DNA of 54,560 nt, filler included, from Bipalium vagum (GCA_037834085.1; 3 parts of 3 records of this genome joined end to end with filler, not necessarily neighbours in it); one strand, 5' to 3'. Numbered from the whole stretch's first letter, positions 12,929-26,055 are shown. A program made the numbers and translations. Notes: generated by a model not told the origin, from the sequence alone.

Positions 12929-13160
12929 AAGGCATTGTTTATTGTTTGCCTTTCAATTGAAGAAAACGGCTTAAGAGGCCACAAATATGATTATTTCCGC
13001 TCCGAGTGAAGGTTTAGTCAGAGCTATAAAACCTCAAAATAATGGTTTAACCTTTTTAGAAGCGGAAATATAGACCTTAACTATGCAGAACGCCTCTGTC
13101 TATCAAAAATCATTGTGGATAAAGACCTTGAGAATTTGTTAAATGACGCAAAAAAGAGCT
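12929..13160 (+). mobile_element. Mariner N-terminal fragment, mauritiana-like
   Basis: RHCLLFAFQLKKTA*EATNMI..WFNLFRSGNIDLNYAER..DKDLENLLND. Confidence 0.8.
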
Positions 13161-13229
13161 AACCAAATAGATGATTTATTAACTGGAACTTTTAATTTCA
13201 GAATTATATATGATTTAATTTTTTTAGTC

Positions 13230-13450
13230 GACTACTTTTTACGAAAGAAATTCACTGCTACTTATCGAGAAAAACGAACATGTTTTGTGTTTCATTGAAT
13301 TCATAGGTAATTTGTCCTTCTCCTTAATAGATCTTGTCTACATATGATCGCATTTCAGTAATTTGTTTTGTTATTGCTAATTGTTCACAGAGCTCTTTTT
13401 TCTGAATTTTTTGAAGGGAAATTGTCTCAAAGTATTGTTTGTGGATCTAA
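13230..13450 (-). mobile_element. Mariner fragment (second HTH/linker region)
   Basis: Minus strand SEKELCEQLAITKQ..KIY*GEG..YEFNE resembles TEKELAEQLGVTQQ..KIQKEGKWVPHEL. Confidence 0.6.
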
Positions 13451-13478
13451 AGAAGACCCCTCGTGAGAAATATTTATA

Positions 13479-13836
13479 TATTGGGTTGTTCGGAAAGTCA
13501 CTTCGCTTTTTTATACCTATCTTTACATTTTAATTAAAATCACATGTCATTTTAAAGATATAAAATTTAAGTCTATTATAATAATTGACGTATAAAATAC
13601 TTTATATTAAATTGTTTCATTTGTTTTAAATTATTAAATTATTTATTTAGGCGACATATTTGAAATGAATATTCCAAAAACCTATTTTAGAAATATTTTG
13701 TTATATTATAACGGAAGGAGAAATGCATCACAAGCCTAGCGAAAATTATGTGTCGCATATGGTGCATTTGTATTAGCATATGTCAATGTCAAATTTTATT
13801 TTTCAAGTTCCGTTTGGAAAAATTTGAGCTTGAAGA
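13479..13836 (+). mobile_element. Mariner 5' end, mellifera-like
   Basis: TA-TTGGGTTGTTCGGAAAG TIR. ATG at 13665 gives MNIPKTYFRNILLYY..GRNASQA*RKLCVAYG..QCQ..FKFR. Confidence 0.85.
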
Positions 13837-13859
13837 AAAACGTAACAACCAAAAGATAC

Positions 13860-14102
13860 CCAAGACCTGAAAGATATTACTCAAATAGAAGCCGCTCTAA
13901 TATCACTCGAGATGTATCAAAATGCTATGAATGACTTTTATAATCCCTGACATAAGTGTATTAAAGTTAATGGTCGTTCTGCAGAAAATTTTTTCATTTT
14001 AATAAATAAATGTCACTTTATTAAAAATTTCCAATCTTCTGTTGAATACATTTTACGGCTTACATTTTAAAATCGGATACTTACTTTATATACATCCTAC
14101 AC
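13860..14102 (+). mobile_element. 3' end of a Tc1/mariner-superfamily element (rosa/DD41D-like)
   Basis: ISLEMYQNAMNDFYNP*HKCIKVNGRSAEN resembles the R..CI..NG.HFE C-terminus. A degenerate TIR lies near 14100. Confidence 0.5.
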
Positions 14103-15964
14103 ATATTACATTGACTTCCAACAGATCATATTACGTAAAGAATGGAGTGGTCAAGATGTACCTTTTTCATATATAACAAAATCCATTATATTTATGCGTA
14201 CCTTGTCTGTTCCCATGTTAGACACTGGTGGATCGAACTTTTTGGCCATTTGTGATTGATTTTCTTGAAAACGTGATGCCATATTAATAGTTGATTTAAA
14301 TATTAATCGCAGATTGAAATATTAAAACAACTGTTAGTTGTATAAAATAAATACAATTTTGGATTATCTATTTGTACACCTAATAACTTGTTAATTTAAG
14401 GTGTTGTGTTTGCATTGTTTCTTCGAATTAAATGCCCCTATCAATATCTTTAATTAATGTTTAAATAGACTATTAAAAGATTTTGGATTTTAAATATTGT
14501 AAGGAAATATAACTTTTTTCAATTAAATATTTTTTATCAAATCGAAAATCATCTAAATATTAAAATCTGAATCGTGTGTAGTTGATGAAACAAAAGATTC
14601 TGTCGAAATAAGTAAATAAAAAAATAAATGAAAAATTTTATTGCTGAAAAAGGTTTTATTTCTTTATTTCAGAAGCTAATAATTAAATGCTGTCATTCAA
14701 GATAATGAGAGTTCGAGATAGAAAATAACTATTTTCAAAAATAGTTTTTATTCGACACCTCTGTCTTTGTTAAAATACTGCCATTTTTATTTTTTTAAAA
14801 ACATTATTTATTTAAACTACTTTACTCTTTATTTATAAGTTGAGGGGTCTCTCAAATGCACTACCAAGAAAAGTCGCTATAGTGTCCGAACTATAAAATA
14901 TTATTATTATTATTTTATTTTTTTATAATTTAATTTTATAATAATAAAAATGATTTTATCTCGCTGTCTTTATTATAACACACCGCAATTATGGTCGGAG
15001 AATTAATTTTAATATTTTTAATATATTCAAGGAGAATAGGACTCTTGTGATCAGAAATTGGCTGCCGTTGGATAATTTATATAAGACGGAATCTTTTAGA
15101 GACTGCAGTAGATTTTTTTCGGTCGAGGTTGGAAGATTTTTTAAAAAAATAGAAAATATTATTGAATAATACAAAGAGTTAGAAAATTTTATAAAAACTT
15201 TGAACGATTTTATTGCCTAACGTCACTAACTATTTTTATTTTGAACGTCAGCAGCATCAATTTATTTTCGTAATGACAAAGCATGATTATACAATGGATT
15301 CAATGTAGTTGGGACTTTATAGGCAACTGTCAGGACATATCTGTAGTCCCCGGGATATATTTTTTTGCTCCGGGTGAGAGTATGTTTTCTTTTTCTGTTT
15401 AGAATTAACATATTGTTAAATAATCTAACAGTTCGTGTAGCACCTATTTTTTAAGCTTCTGCACTTTTCCCATTTCGAGTAACCGTCAATCAATCACAAT
15501 TTAACCTACAAATTACGCCTTTATGTTGCGGTATTTCGTCATAGAAGTCTCAAGTTCAAAATTCTAAGTAATTTTTCGTTCAAGAAAACTTTCCACACCA
15601 AATTGAAGGCAAAATTCTTTAAAGATTGTTGACCCACAATATTCTTCTTTTGATATCAAATCCTATTTTGATACTTTCGGCTCACAATATTTTTGTCTCA
15701 CAATAGTAATCATTTATACTTAGATTTTCTCAAGAAATAATTTTAGCTACAGAACTGAATTTGGTCTTATTCTTATATTAATATTTCCGGCATTTCGTTT
15801 CGTCAAGGATATTACTATAAATCATTCAATATTTCATAATTAAGTGTCATTGTACTATTAAGGATGGTTAATTACTATTCTATTTTCGTTATAATATTGA
15901 TTTACGTACTATTTTTATGTATCACAATGATTAGTGAATGATCCTTATCTATTGTAATTATTGT

Positions 15965-17020
15965 GTAGGGTCTTCAACCTTAAAATGACAATATAGCAAT
16001 TACAAGAATAAGTTTATAAGCTGCATGAAAAGTTATGCGAAAAGTTATGAAAAGTCTCTTATTAGAGTTACCAATAAGTATTGCCGCCTTCCTCCATCTG
16101 CAATCTATCAAACTTTTAATCTCAACTTTAAAGTGGATTGGATTTCTGAATTTGTAGAACACAAGAAAGATATTTTTACATAAGACTTTAAACTTTTTCC
16201 ATTTAGAAAGTGCTGGAATGATCTGAGGTGGTGAAACCAGATAGAGCAACTGAATGTCGCAGAGGAGAATAAAACTCCTATCTAAGTTCCTTAAGCTTTC
16301 TGTAATTGTCCTTGCAAAATGAGGTCTGTTATTGTCATGATGAAGGATAACATTTTTTTATTGAGGTAAACTGAATGTTTTCTAAAACGGCTGCTTTCAA
16401 TCTATCAAGCTAATCAGAATAATAGTCTGCGGTGATGATTTCCTCGCCTTTAAGTATAATATATCAAAGTGATTTAAACTATGAATGTAAATTCTTTGGG
16501 GTATAAAGTCATTGTTACTAATAACTGTGTTGTTATGCTAGATCCAGTTTTCGAAAGCCCTTATAAAAATTTAGGTGCATGATGCATATCTTTTTAAATT
16601 TCCTACATTTTTTGAAAAGAATCTTTTTCATAAACAGATCGCAATTTATCTTCATGAAATTGAATAGAACAACCACATCTCGAAGCATTTTAAGGTCAAA
16701 ATTTCCTTTCAGAAATCTGTAAAACCATCGTTGACACTTACGAACGTCTAAGGAATCCGGATAGATTTTATTGACATTTGCAATTGATGTCTTTGCAATA
16801 TGATCACAATTATACTGGAACAGTATACAATGTCAATTTATCATTTCTCTATTTTTCTAAATTTTAAATTCAATAAAATAATGGATTAATGATTTATTGA
16901 TTTAATAAATAACTTAAACAACTGATTATTAGTAATAATAATATATGAGGTTAGTAAATCCTGTTAATTTTGTATATTCTCATGAAAAAGAAATTATGAA
17001 TGAGTACTCGTAATAACAAC
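15965..17020 (-). mobile_element. Near full-length decayed mariner
   Basis: HCILFQY..NKIYPDSLDVRKCQRWF.RF.KGNFDL, then VILHHDNNRPHFAR, then HLRSFQHFLNGK. Confidence 0.85.
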
Positions 17021-17079
17021 CCAGCACCCTTAATTTAGTTCTTCTCTAATAATTATATGACATGTTTGAAGTGTGATTC

Positions 17080-17600
17080 CAGAACGTCTGCAAAATACTG
17101 TTTAACAATTATCATAACTTCTTCATTTGATAAAAAACACAAAAAACATGTTTGAGATTTCTGAAAAGGTAGAAACACTATTATCTTCATTAAAATTATT
17201 TTTTTGTTAACCAGACTATTTTCCGCTCAATTGGTGCATTAATCTGGTCTAATAGCTTTGTATAGTACTTTTGGGTTAGTGATTTTGCCTCTTTCAAAAT
17301 AATCTACCTGTAATAATCTACCTATTGAAATCCCGAAAACTGTTCTAATTACCTTTTTATCTTTTTTTTTCCCCAGCTGCTTTAAAAGTGAACTTCCATC
17401 CACTGCAGACATCCTTGTTTCAACTTCATATCATGGTGATAAGTCTAAGTTTCTTCCATGGCTATAAAACTATTCAAAATCTGTTTTAATTTTTTTAAAA
17501 AGATTAAAATATTGTTTAATGAATCATTTACGAATGCGGCACCACTTTTTCAAATACTTTTTACATATGGACATCATAAAAACCATTGATATTTCTTACT
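17080..17600 (-). mobile_element. Mariner fragment, irritans-like
   Basis: FIAMEET*TYHH (cf. FVTMDETWIHHY), KKVIRTVF, DYFERGKITNPKYYTKLLDQ. Confidence 0.7.
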
Positions 17601-17800
17601 TTTATTACTTTCGATTACGTTTTCTATTTGGTGATTTGTACTAAAGATAATGTGTTGGTTAAAAGTGGTGTTAAATCGATAGGCTTTATTAAAAGTATAT
17701 CATTGACCAAATTGATGAAGAAATTTAACACTAGAACATCCGAGGAAATTATATACCTATAACATCCAAGGAGTCAGTTTTGACTACTTTTTCAAAAAAC

Positions 17801-17900
17801 NNNNNNNNNNNNNNNNNNNNNNNNNNNNNNNNNNNNNNNNNNNNTTAATTAATTAANNNNNNNNNNNNNNNNNNNNNNNNNNNNNNNNNNNNNNNNNNNN
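17801..17900. other. Artificial assembly join (N44-TTAATTAATTAA-N44)
   Basis: Exactly 100 nt with a six-frame stop linker. An identical construct occurs at 36760-36859. Confidence 0.97.
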
Positions 17901-18142
17901 GAGCAGTTACTTAAAGAGGTCAAAGGCTGGTTCAGAAAGCTTGACATAACATGTTACCAAACTGCTTTTGCGAGTTGAAAAGAACGCTGGACCAGGTGCG
18001 TACAGATGGAAGGTGGATATATTGAATGATCCTAAAACATAGACATTTATGTGGAGTTTATATGTAACAAGTTTAATTTTTGTATGTATTTAATAAAAAG
18101 TTGTATTAAATATTGTGCATTACTTATTGGCCGAACCTTGTA
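17901..18142 (+). mobile_element. Mariner 3' end with TIR
   Basis: EQLLKEVKGWFRKLD..*KERWTRCVQMEGGYIE*, ending in ACTTATTGGCCGAACCTTG-TA. Confidence 0.85.
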
Positions 18143-18369
18143 TTAACACTTAAGCTATTGTGCACAGACCAGATGAAAGATAAAAATCAGAATTCTCAAT
18201 ATCTGGAGAGTATGCTAAGTGTTAGAGAATTAACCCTTCAAATTTTTGCCCTTTTCCCAATATTTTGTGAAACATGAGATGTAAAAATAACTTAGTGAAA
18301 GATTATTCCTTTTCGAGTGTTCAAATCCGGACATTGGTGACAAATAGCAAGGCTGAGTGTATTGCGTTG

Positions 18370-18540
18370 GCCACAGTTGTTCTGTGACGTTATTGTTTCT
18401 CCGCGTGGGAGATGTTCAAAATGAATAATGCCTCTTCAATCTCATTAAATACTCAGTAACACCTTTATTTGATGTAGATCAGTATTTGCAAGTGCTTTTA
18501 CGCTTTCATGTTCTTTTTTCTAGATCTTTTTCCTTGGTAC
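18370..18540 (-). mobile_element. Mariner catalytic-domain fragment
   Basis: DLHQIKVLLSI**D*RGIIHFEHLPRGETITSQ. Confidence 0.75.
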
Positions 18541-18619
18541 ATTACTGTACAGAAATTATTTTAATCACATGTGTCTAATCTTAATAAAATATTGATTTAT
18601 TCTGTGAAATTTTACAAAG

Positions 18620-18947
18620 CTTGGATACACATAGTCAGATATCTATTCAGTATCCTCCATACCGGTCCAATATTGCAGCATTAGACTTCCACATGTTCCA
18701 CGTCAGAGCACATTTCTTGTCGAGTAAGTGCTTTGAGAAAAAAGAACACCTTGAAAAAAGCCTGTCAGAATCTTTTACTCTAATTCTCCGTAATGGTTAG
18801 AAAATGGTATTCGCAAAATTGCAGAGCGTCGGACGCTTGTGTGAGAACGCTGGATTATATTTTAGTTCATAATTTTATGATGTAAAATAAAAATGTTGTA
18901 TTACATTTTTTGAATTAAAACGGTCATTTTTATCGGTCACCATAATA
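18620..18947 (+). mobile_element. Mariner 3' end with TIR
   Basis: YPPYRSNIAALDFHMFH..HFLSSKCF..ENGIRKIAER..NAGLYF. Terminal sequence CGGTCATTTTTATCGGTCACCATAATA. Confidence 0.8.
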
Positions 18948-19407
18948 ATATTTTTTAAATATATTACAGTCAAAAGTTTCATACATAAAAATTTATATCA
19001 CAACCAAAGGCCTTGTTAAAATTGAAAATTCAAAGACTAAATAAAAAATATATTATCAATTTAATAATATAAATTTTTAATAAAATATAAATTAAATTAT
19101 ATCATCATTTATTTTTAAATATTTCTCTAAACTAATAAATTAACAATTTCAGAATTTTATGGGAATTGTACCAAAAAATTAAAATCAAAATTTTATTTTG
19201 TAATTTTTATTTATGAAAATTCACATAATTAAAAAAAGAATTAAAAAATAATCACACATTTTTATTTCAAAAAAAAAAGAAATAAAATAAATTTTAATAA
19301 TAATGTTAAATTTTGCGAGACATATAGCTTTAGGACACACGCCAAGAGTCAGGTGAGAGGAGCATCTCGCGTTTCAACTCTGAAGGGAATTATCCGTTCG
19401 AACTCAC

Positions 19408-19452
19408 GTCCATCTGATCACCTTCCATTTTACAGTTGATTCCGTCATTTGT
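19408..19452 (-). other. Candidate 45-nt microexon of an unidentified minus-strand gene
   Basis: Polypyrimidine acceptor TCTGTTTCATTTTTTCTTTACAATATAG and consensus donor GTGAGT. It is open in phase 0 (TNDGINCKMEGDQMD) and in phase 2. Confidence 0.5.
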
Positions 19453-20039
19453 CTATATTGTAAAGAAAAAATGAAACAGAATCCACCAGACAATTCTTCA
19501 CTTTCGTTATAAACAAAAATTACGAAAAAAAGTATTTTATTTAAAAATCTGAAAATTGATATAGTTTTAATTAATTATACTTAATTATAATTAATTATTT
19601 AATTAATATTAGATTTTAGATTAATTTACAATTTTTATTGGTTATATTTTTAAAATGATTTAAGTTCACTTAATTATTTAACATTATTTTTTAATATTTT
19701 TTTTATTGATTTTTATATATTTATATTATTGATTTTTATATATTTTTATTATTGATTTTTTTATATAAAATATATAATTGATTTTTAAATATTTTTATTC
19801 AATATTTAGCTAAATAAATCTGAAAGCAGAAAAAGACCGAATAATAAAAACCAAAATCCAGAAACCCAGAGAAAAGATAAAGAGCCTAATCATTTATTAT
19901 ATAACATAACAAAAAATTATATAAAAGAAATAAATCAGCCAAAAAAATTGATAATTATACCAATATAAAAATACTACAAAAAATATTTAATTCGTAAAAA
20001 AATCGCAAATCGTCGATTTTATCTCCAATCTAATAAATC

Positions 20040-21300
20040 AATACCAAATCGATCACAGAGCCATGAACTGATGGTCAATTATGATCTGGAGCGATAATTC
20101 GACTAATTATTTATGCTAATCAATCGGGCAATGGGACTGAGTCGAGAGTTGTCAAGCCAGGAAGTAGTTAATACGAAAATTATTCCAAATAGACGCTGTA
20201 ACGACTTGATACGATCATTACTAGCAATTAACCATCATCAGTCTAAATGGATTTAATATCTCAAATAATTTCTACTTAAATCTCTCATCAGCAGAACGAG
20301 AAAAAAAGTTTACTTTTCAATGCAATATCGAAAATCTCTTCAACGACTTCTGATCATTACTGAAGACGAGGTGGTGTCGTAATAAATCATACGATGGAGA
20401 TCATACAGAAAGCAAACCATAACAATCGGAGTGGCAACTTCGTTTCATTTATCGTGCTCCCCCCCACCACCCACCCACCTCCCTTCTCTCTCGTTGGCTC
20501 TTTCGACTGAACGTGTCGTCCTTTCTTTAAAACGGGAATATGACAGATTTTCGATTTTTTTTCTTATGAAGAAATACGTAACCAATAAAACAGAGTAATT
20601 AAATGAATTGGCTTGCATGCTATTTCGTTTTTTTGAAGTGTAGGGAAAATTGTAAGGAAAAATTTCCTCTTATTTCGTCTTTCCTCAATTCCCCCTCTCC
20701 TCTTCCTCCTCTTTGTCGCCTGGTTTACACGGGGATAATTACATATGTTAATAAGATAAAAAACAAAATAACAAGAAACATAATCGTTATTCAATTAGAA
20801 TTAAAATGTCAGAGAAATATGGCAGGGTCCCTCAACAAATGAACGGGGCAATAAAACACCCATTTCCATGATTTCTGTTTGATAGTTTTTCTTGGGATTT
20901 TGTTTTAATTAGCACGTTTTCCTACAAAATAAAATTCATTTACACAGAATGTCACCGACATTGAGACAACATTTGCCAGGGGTTTGACGATATTGCCCAA
21001 ATAGTCAATTTGTTTGTTTTAATTTTCCCAAGTTGGAAAACTAATCTTTCCGTCAACAGCATTTTACTGGAAACTATTTTAACAATGCAAATAGAAATCT
21101 GAAACCGAAATTGTTGGTATTGCAATTATGAAGACAGGTCTATTTGTCCATGCCCCAGCCTCAACAATGGATACGTTCTTTTGTTGTTTTCTGACATGAG
21201 ACTGCCATCTCTCGGGGAATAGGGATAAGTTGGAATTATTTTTCGTCGGGCTCAATTTTGCTTATTGTTTTTTTATTATGTCGATTATTATTGGATTTTC
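20040..21300. promoter_or_regulatory. TE-free GC/CpG-richer promoter/enhancer-like island
   Basis: No long ORF. Contains ATGCTAAT, CAGGAAGT, Pbx-Hox-like GTAATAAATCA (20379-20389), TGACAG, C-rich tracts and a minus-strand TCAGT Inr near 20508. Confidence 0.45.
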
Positions 21301-22920
21301 AAGCTGTTCTTTTGTTTTAATTAAAGATTATCAAAGGACTTGAGGAACTTTTGCTCATAATCATTTATATGTAGATATAATTGCTGGAAAATTATTTCAT
21401 TAACCAAATACATTTTGATGAATAAATTAAAAAATATAAAAGACGAAAATAATTTTAAAATAATTTTCCTTTATTATTTTTTCAGTCTTAGAACAATTAA
21501 GTCGAAAAAAATAATTATCGATTTATAATTTTCTCTGTGAAAAGTGTTATGAAATCTAATGAATTTATAATTGATATTAATTAATGTTTATTTAATTTAT
21601 TATTTCCTTTCTTCCTCATTAATTAAAATATCTATGTTTTAAATGCTCTTATAATCGGTTACTCTAACTTTATGAAACGTTTTTCCTATAATTATTTCCT
21701 GAATGCCTGAAGTCTGACGAAAATTAAAACAAAATAATATTTATTTTTATTATTTTTATTTGTTATTTTTGCTATTTTTATTATTATTATTATTTTTTTT
21801 TATTAATTTTATTATTTGATTTATTTTTATATTTGTTATTATTGTTATTATTTATATTATTTTTATGATTATTATCATTTTTATTATTTTTTTATTATTG
21901 TTTTAATTACTTAATATTATTAAAGTAATTTTTATTTTCTTCAATCAATGTTTAATTAATTTTAATTTTATAAATAATTAAATTAATTAAAATATAATTT
22001 ATATAATATTAATTTTAAAAAAGAATATGTAAATTAAATAATAAAAAATTATATAATAAAGTAATTTTTATTTGACAGGAAAAAAAATAATAATGAAACT
22101 TTCCTAAATGAAACAAAAATTAATCTCAAATCAGTTTTTTTTTGTTATTTTAATTACTAAAATGGATTAATAATAATTATTATATTTTTGTTTGAAACAT
22201 TCGAGCTTTTGTAACAAAGAGGAAATAGTTGTAATTTTATAAATAAGAACAATGTTTTATTAATTTCGGTTTTTTCTCTCCATAAATGAGATATAATTTC
22301 AATGGAAAGAAAAACTTAATCCCAGTCCGCATAACGTGAATGATATAAAGTAATCCGTAATTTCCAGTGAAAGCCGTACAATTCTTCTCTTTCCACACGG
22401 CCTTGTTTAAATTATCTGATTAATTTTTTCAGAGGGAAATGCGCTAAAAATTACAAGTGAATAATTAGAGGGAATAATTCCAATTAAACTAGCTAGAAAA
22501 TAACATTTATTTATTTTAGCTACAAATGAAAGCAATTAGTGTTTCAACGGACAAAAAGAGTCCGTGCAAACATAAGAGCAAAAACTCGGGTGGCTGAAGT
22601 TTCTGACGGCGCAGGTGGAGGACGGGGAGAGACGAAGAAACCATTCGCGAATATACTGGCTTAAGTACAATAACAACAAAGCAATGGAATTATGTTAGAA
22701 AGTGGAAATCTTTATTTGTCTCCTCAGTTATATATTTTAACACGCTTTAACTGTTAATGTCAAATAATAAGCCACTGCAATTGTATACAAATATTTGATA
22801 TCCATTTGCTAATCTACGGACTACTGGCAATAGGCCTCCCTTCACCATCCACCGAAAGGGGAAATGGGAAACAAATTTGAAACTGTTTCTTGGACAAACG
22901 CACACTCGCCACTCTCGCCA

Positions 22921-22965
22921 CACAAACACAAACACACACACACACAACATACAAACACAAACACG
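22921..22965. repeat. Imperfect (CA)n repeat
   Basis: CACAAACACAAACACACACACACACAACATACAAACAC. Confidence 0.85.
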
Positions 22966-22968
22966 CAG

Positions 22969-23836
22969 ACTCACTTCACTGATGGTATGGAAAAAGTAGC
23001 AGTAAATTCTGGCATATTATCTCGAATTGCCCAGTTCTTCTGTCATATCAAATTTCCTCAGATATGCAAATGAAGCTCATCAATTATTTATGAACGACAT
23101 CAGAATGGTGAATGGGTTCGAGGCCGGAAGAATAATCCTCGGCATTATGGAATTATACAACAAAAAAATAATAATACGACTTGATGATACAACAAATTGA
23201 ATAAACAATTTCACTTTGTATTGTGTGTATTAGTAAATTTGTTTAAAATCTCCTGGTTATGTATCGATTCCCCCTCCATCACTTCCTTCACAGCTGCACT
23301 CGATTTTCCAGTCCCATTGGGCAAATAAACCATCTATTTTGTTGCTGCCGTTTTTGTACCGAAATATATAGATGTTAGGCAAATTGTTGGTTATATTTGA
23401 GCGCGGGACACTACAGTGGTGAGGGTGGTGATGGTGGTGGTTGTGGTGGTGGTGGTAGCGATGATGATGATTATTATTATTATCATTATCAGAGTTATTA
23501 TTTTCTCAGTCAATTTTTTGATTTATTAAACTAATTTTTATCATAAAAAGAAAAAAAGGAAGTGGGATCAGTATGGGTTTGTGTGTGTGCGTGCATGTGG
23601 CATTGTGTGTATGGGTATGTGTATGTCAGAAGAAGTCTGTTAGTGGAAGTCTGTCAGGAATAGAGGGGAATGAGGAATCAAGAAATAAATGGTCGGAAAT
23701 AGGGATGGATGGAGGCTATAATAAATTTTAATTTGTATCAACTTGTGATGAATGTTAAAGAAATTTTAGGAGGCCAGTGTGACTCGCAACGTTAATTCAA
23801 TTGATCTCTTCAATAATTATTTTGGAAATCGTAAGT
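22969..23836. promoter_or_regulatory. Candidate bidirectional promoter with outward-facing first exons
   Basis: Minus-strand donor GTGAGT at 22974 and plus-strand donor GTAAGT at 23831, with a GC-rich core and (GGT)n, (GAT)n and (GT)n tracts between them. Confidence 0.4.
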
Positions 23837-26055
23837 TCGTCTTTCATTTTCTGTCTCTGTTTAATATTTGACATTAAATCCCATTTTCTTTTTTCCTGCC
23901 GGATACTGTTATCTGATTGAGCCTGTGAGACTGACAACAGGGTTCCCGGTTATCTAGTGGTGTGTTTTCGTTGTATATATTTATATATGGTAGGCAGTTG
24001 GGTTTGATATGTTTGCATTTGTATCAAATAGGCCCACTGGCTTGTCTGAATGATATAAGTTGAATTAGGAAGGGCGTAGGGGAGCAGGGATTTGTGTATT
24101 TTTCTTTTCATATTATTTCATTACAGAAAGATGTGCTGTCTTTTGTCGATTGAAACAAAGATCTCAATTTTTATGTTAAATAAACTGTTGAAACTGTTAA
24201 ACATAAATCATCCGTATTGATTAAACAAATAATCCTTCGTCATTTGTGTTCATAGGACATTTTTGACAAATCGTCAATTAAATGAATTTTCTTGGAAGAA
24301 TATTTCAATTGCATCTGTCTCGATTATGATTGATGAGGGGTTCGTAACACTTTTGATATGAACAGATGATTAAGTTTCTGTCAGTACAATTTTGGATTTG
24401 TTTAATCAGGTGTTAGAGGGGTCGATAAATTACATTATAGCGCTCTCTCCTCATATATATGTATATAGATAAATAAATATTAGCTTAATTAACAAAGTTT
24501 ATTTATTTATTTATTTCAATTGTCTAACGTTTATGTATAATTTCAATTACAATGCCATTGAGATTTTAATAAGCAATTCCCTGTTGGCTTCCAGGGAAAA
24601 TATTTATGAGAAAATGGTTTTTAGTTTTTATTACAATAATTTTTTGTTATCATTTCGATCAAACAGTTAAAATATGTATAGGTCTCCTGTGGATAATGAT
24701 TATGCTTACATGCATTGTAAAGCAAATATTATTTATAATAATTTATCCATTTTTTTATTCCTACTGTTTTGCTAGAATGATTCTATTCAATTAAACAAAA
24801 TAAATTTATAATCTTTTGTTTTAATGCATAATGTTAAGAGAATTTTTATTTGAATTTCAATTAAGTTTTCAGTAGTTGTTAACAAGAATAATATTAAAGA
24901 GAATTTTTTTAATTTATATTTGGAATAATTATATAAATAAATTTTTAGTAAATAATTTTTTACACAGTCCATATAATAATTATTGTTTTAATCGACGTTT
25001 TTTCGTTGAGATATTTTCGATTTGCTGTAAAATTATCGGTTGGATAATATTTTAAAAATATTTCTCCTGTTCTATTTACCACATTTTCCCAAGATGTTGG
25101 GGCAAAATATTTAATTAGAACTACTTCCAAAGTAAACATTAGAAATGGGAATGGTGATTTCGATATTCGTTGTATACTTCGCTATTCGAAATTCTGTCAC
25201 AAAATTGAAGAAAAATAAATAAACAAAAACTATGAATGTGGATTTTTATCGGACGGTTTTATTAAAAAATTTCAAATGAATCATCAAATTAAAGTTTAAT
25301 TAATTTAAATTAATAAATCAAATTATCTAATGTCACAGCGAATTTCTAATAAGTATTTATATTATTATTTACAAATGTATTATTAATAATTAATATAAAT
25401 AAACCAAAATAGTCTAAAAAATTGTACTGAAGATTAACGATAAAAATAATCAACCGATTCTTATCTGTTTCGTTTTTTTGTTTTAATCAATTGTCGTTCT
25501 TTATCATCGAAGAGAATCATCAGTGGCCGGATGACCAAGGCCAATTTTTCACCTTATCAATTTCGCTAACAATGTTATGATAAGAATTGGAAAAAATTTT
25601 CTCATCTAAAAAACATTGACAACATTGAATGGGTTCTGTCAATCAGAATTTTCTCAAATTGCAATTTGCGATTGCCTCCGTCCATTTTTAAAGCCCAGAT
25701 TAAAACAAATGTAAATATTTAATATGAAATTGTATTCTAAATAATAATCAGCTTAATAATTTATAAATGATGAAATTTTTGCTAAAATATTTTTAATTTA
25801 TATTTTAACTATAAAAGTATTTATTTTAATTATTATCACTAATTATTGATAAAATATATAAATTTATTTTAATGTTTTTATTAAAACAAAAATTTTATTT
25901 AAATTTTAAAAATTAATAAAGTTCAGAAAGGAAAAATATTTATTTTACCTTCCAATTCAAAAGATAAGAATTTAGTCAGTATTATTCCCGAAAACGATTT
26001 TGTCATATATTTTTCAATAATTATTTTATTAATTTTGTAATGATTATATATTATT

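Noticed and set aside
14110-14282. Minus-strand MASRFQENQSQMAKKFDPP.. resembling a Ginger/KRBA2-type integrase tail
   Set aside because: Too short and degraded to support without a search.
17845-17856. TTAATTAATTAA palindrome, also at 36804-36815
   Set aside because: Synthetic six-frame stop linker within N padding, not biological.
20265-20295. Minus-strand CTGATGA...GAAA
   Set aside because: There is no base-paired stem II between the boxes.
25670-25690. miR-184-like TGGACGGAG on the minus strand
   Set aside because: There is no complementary arm to form a precursor.
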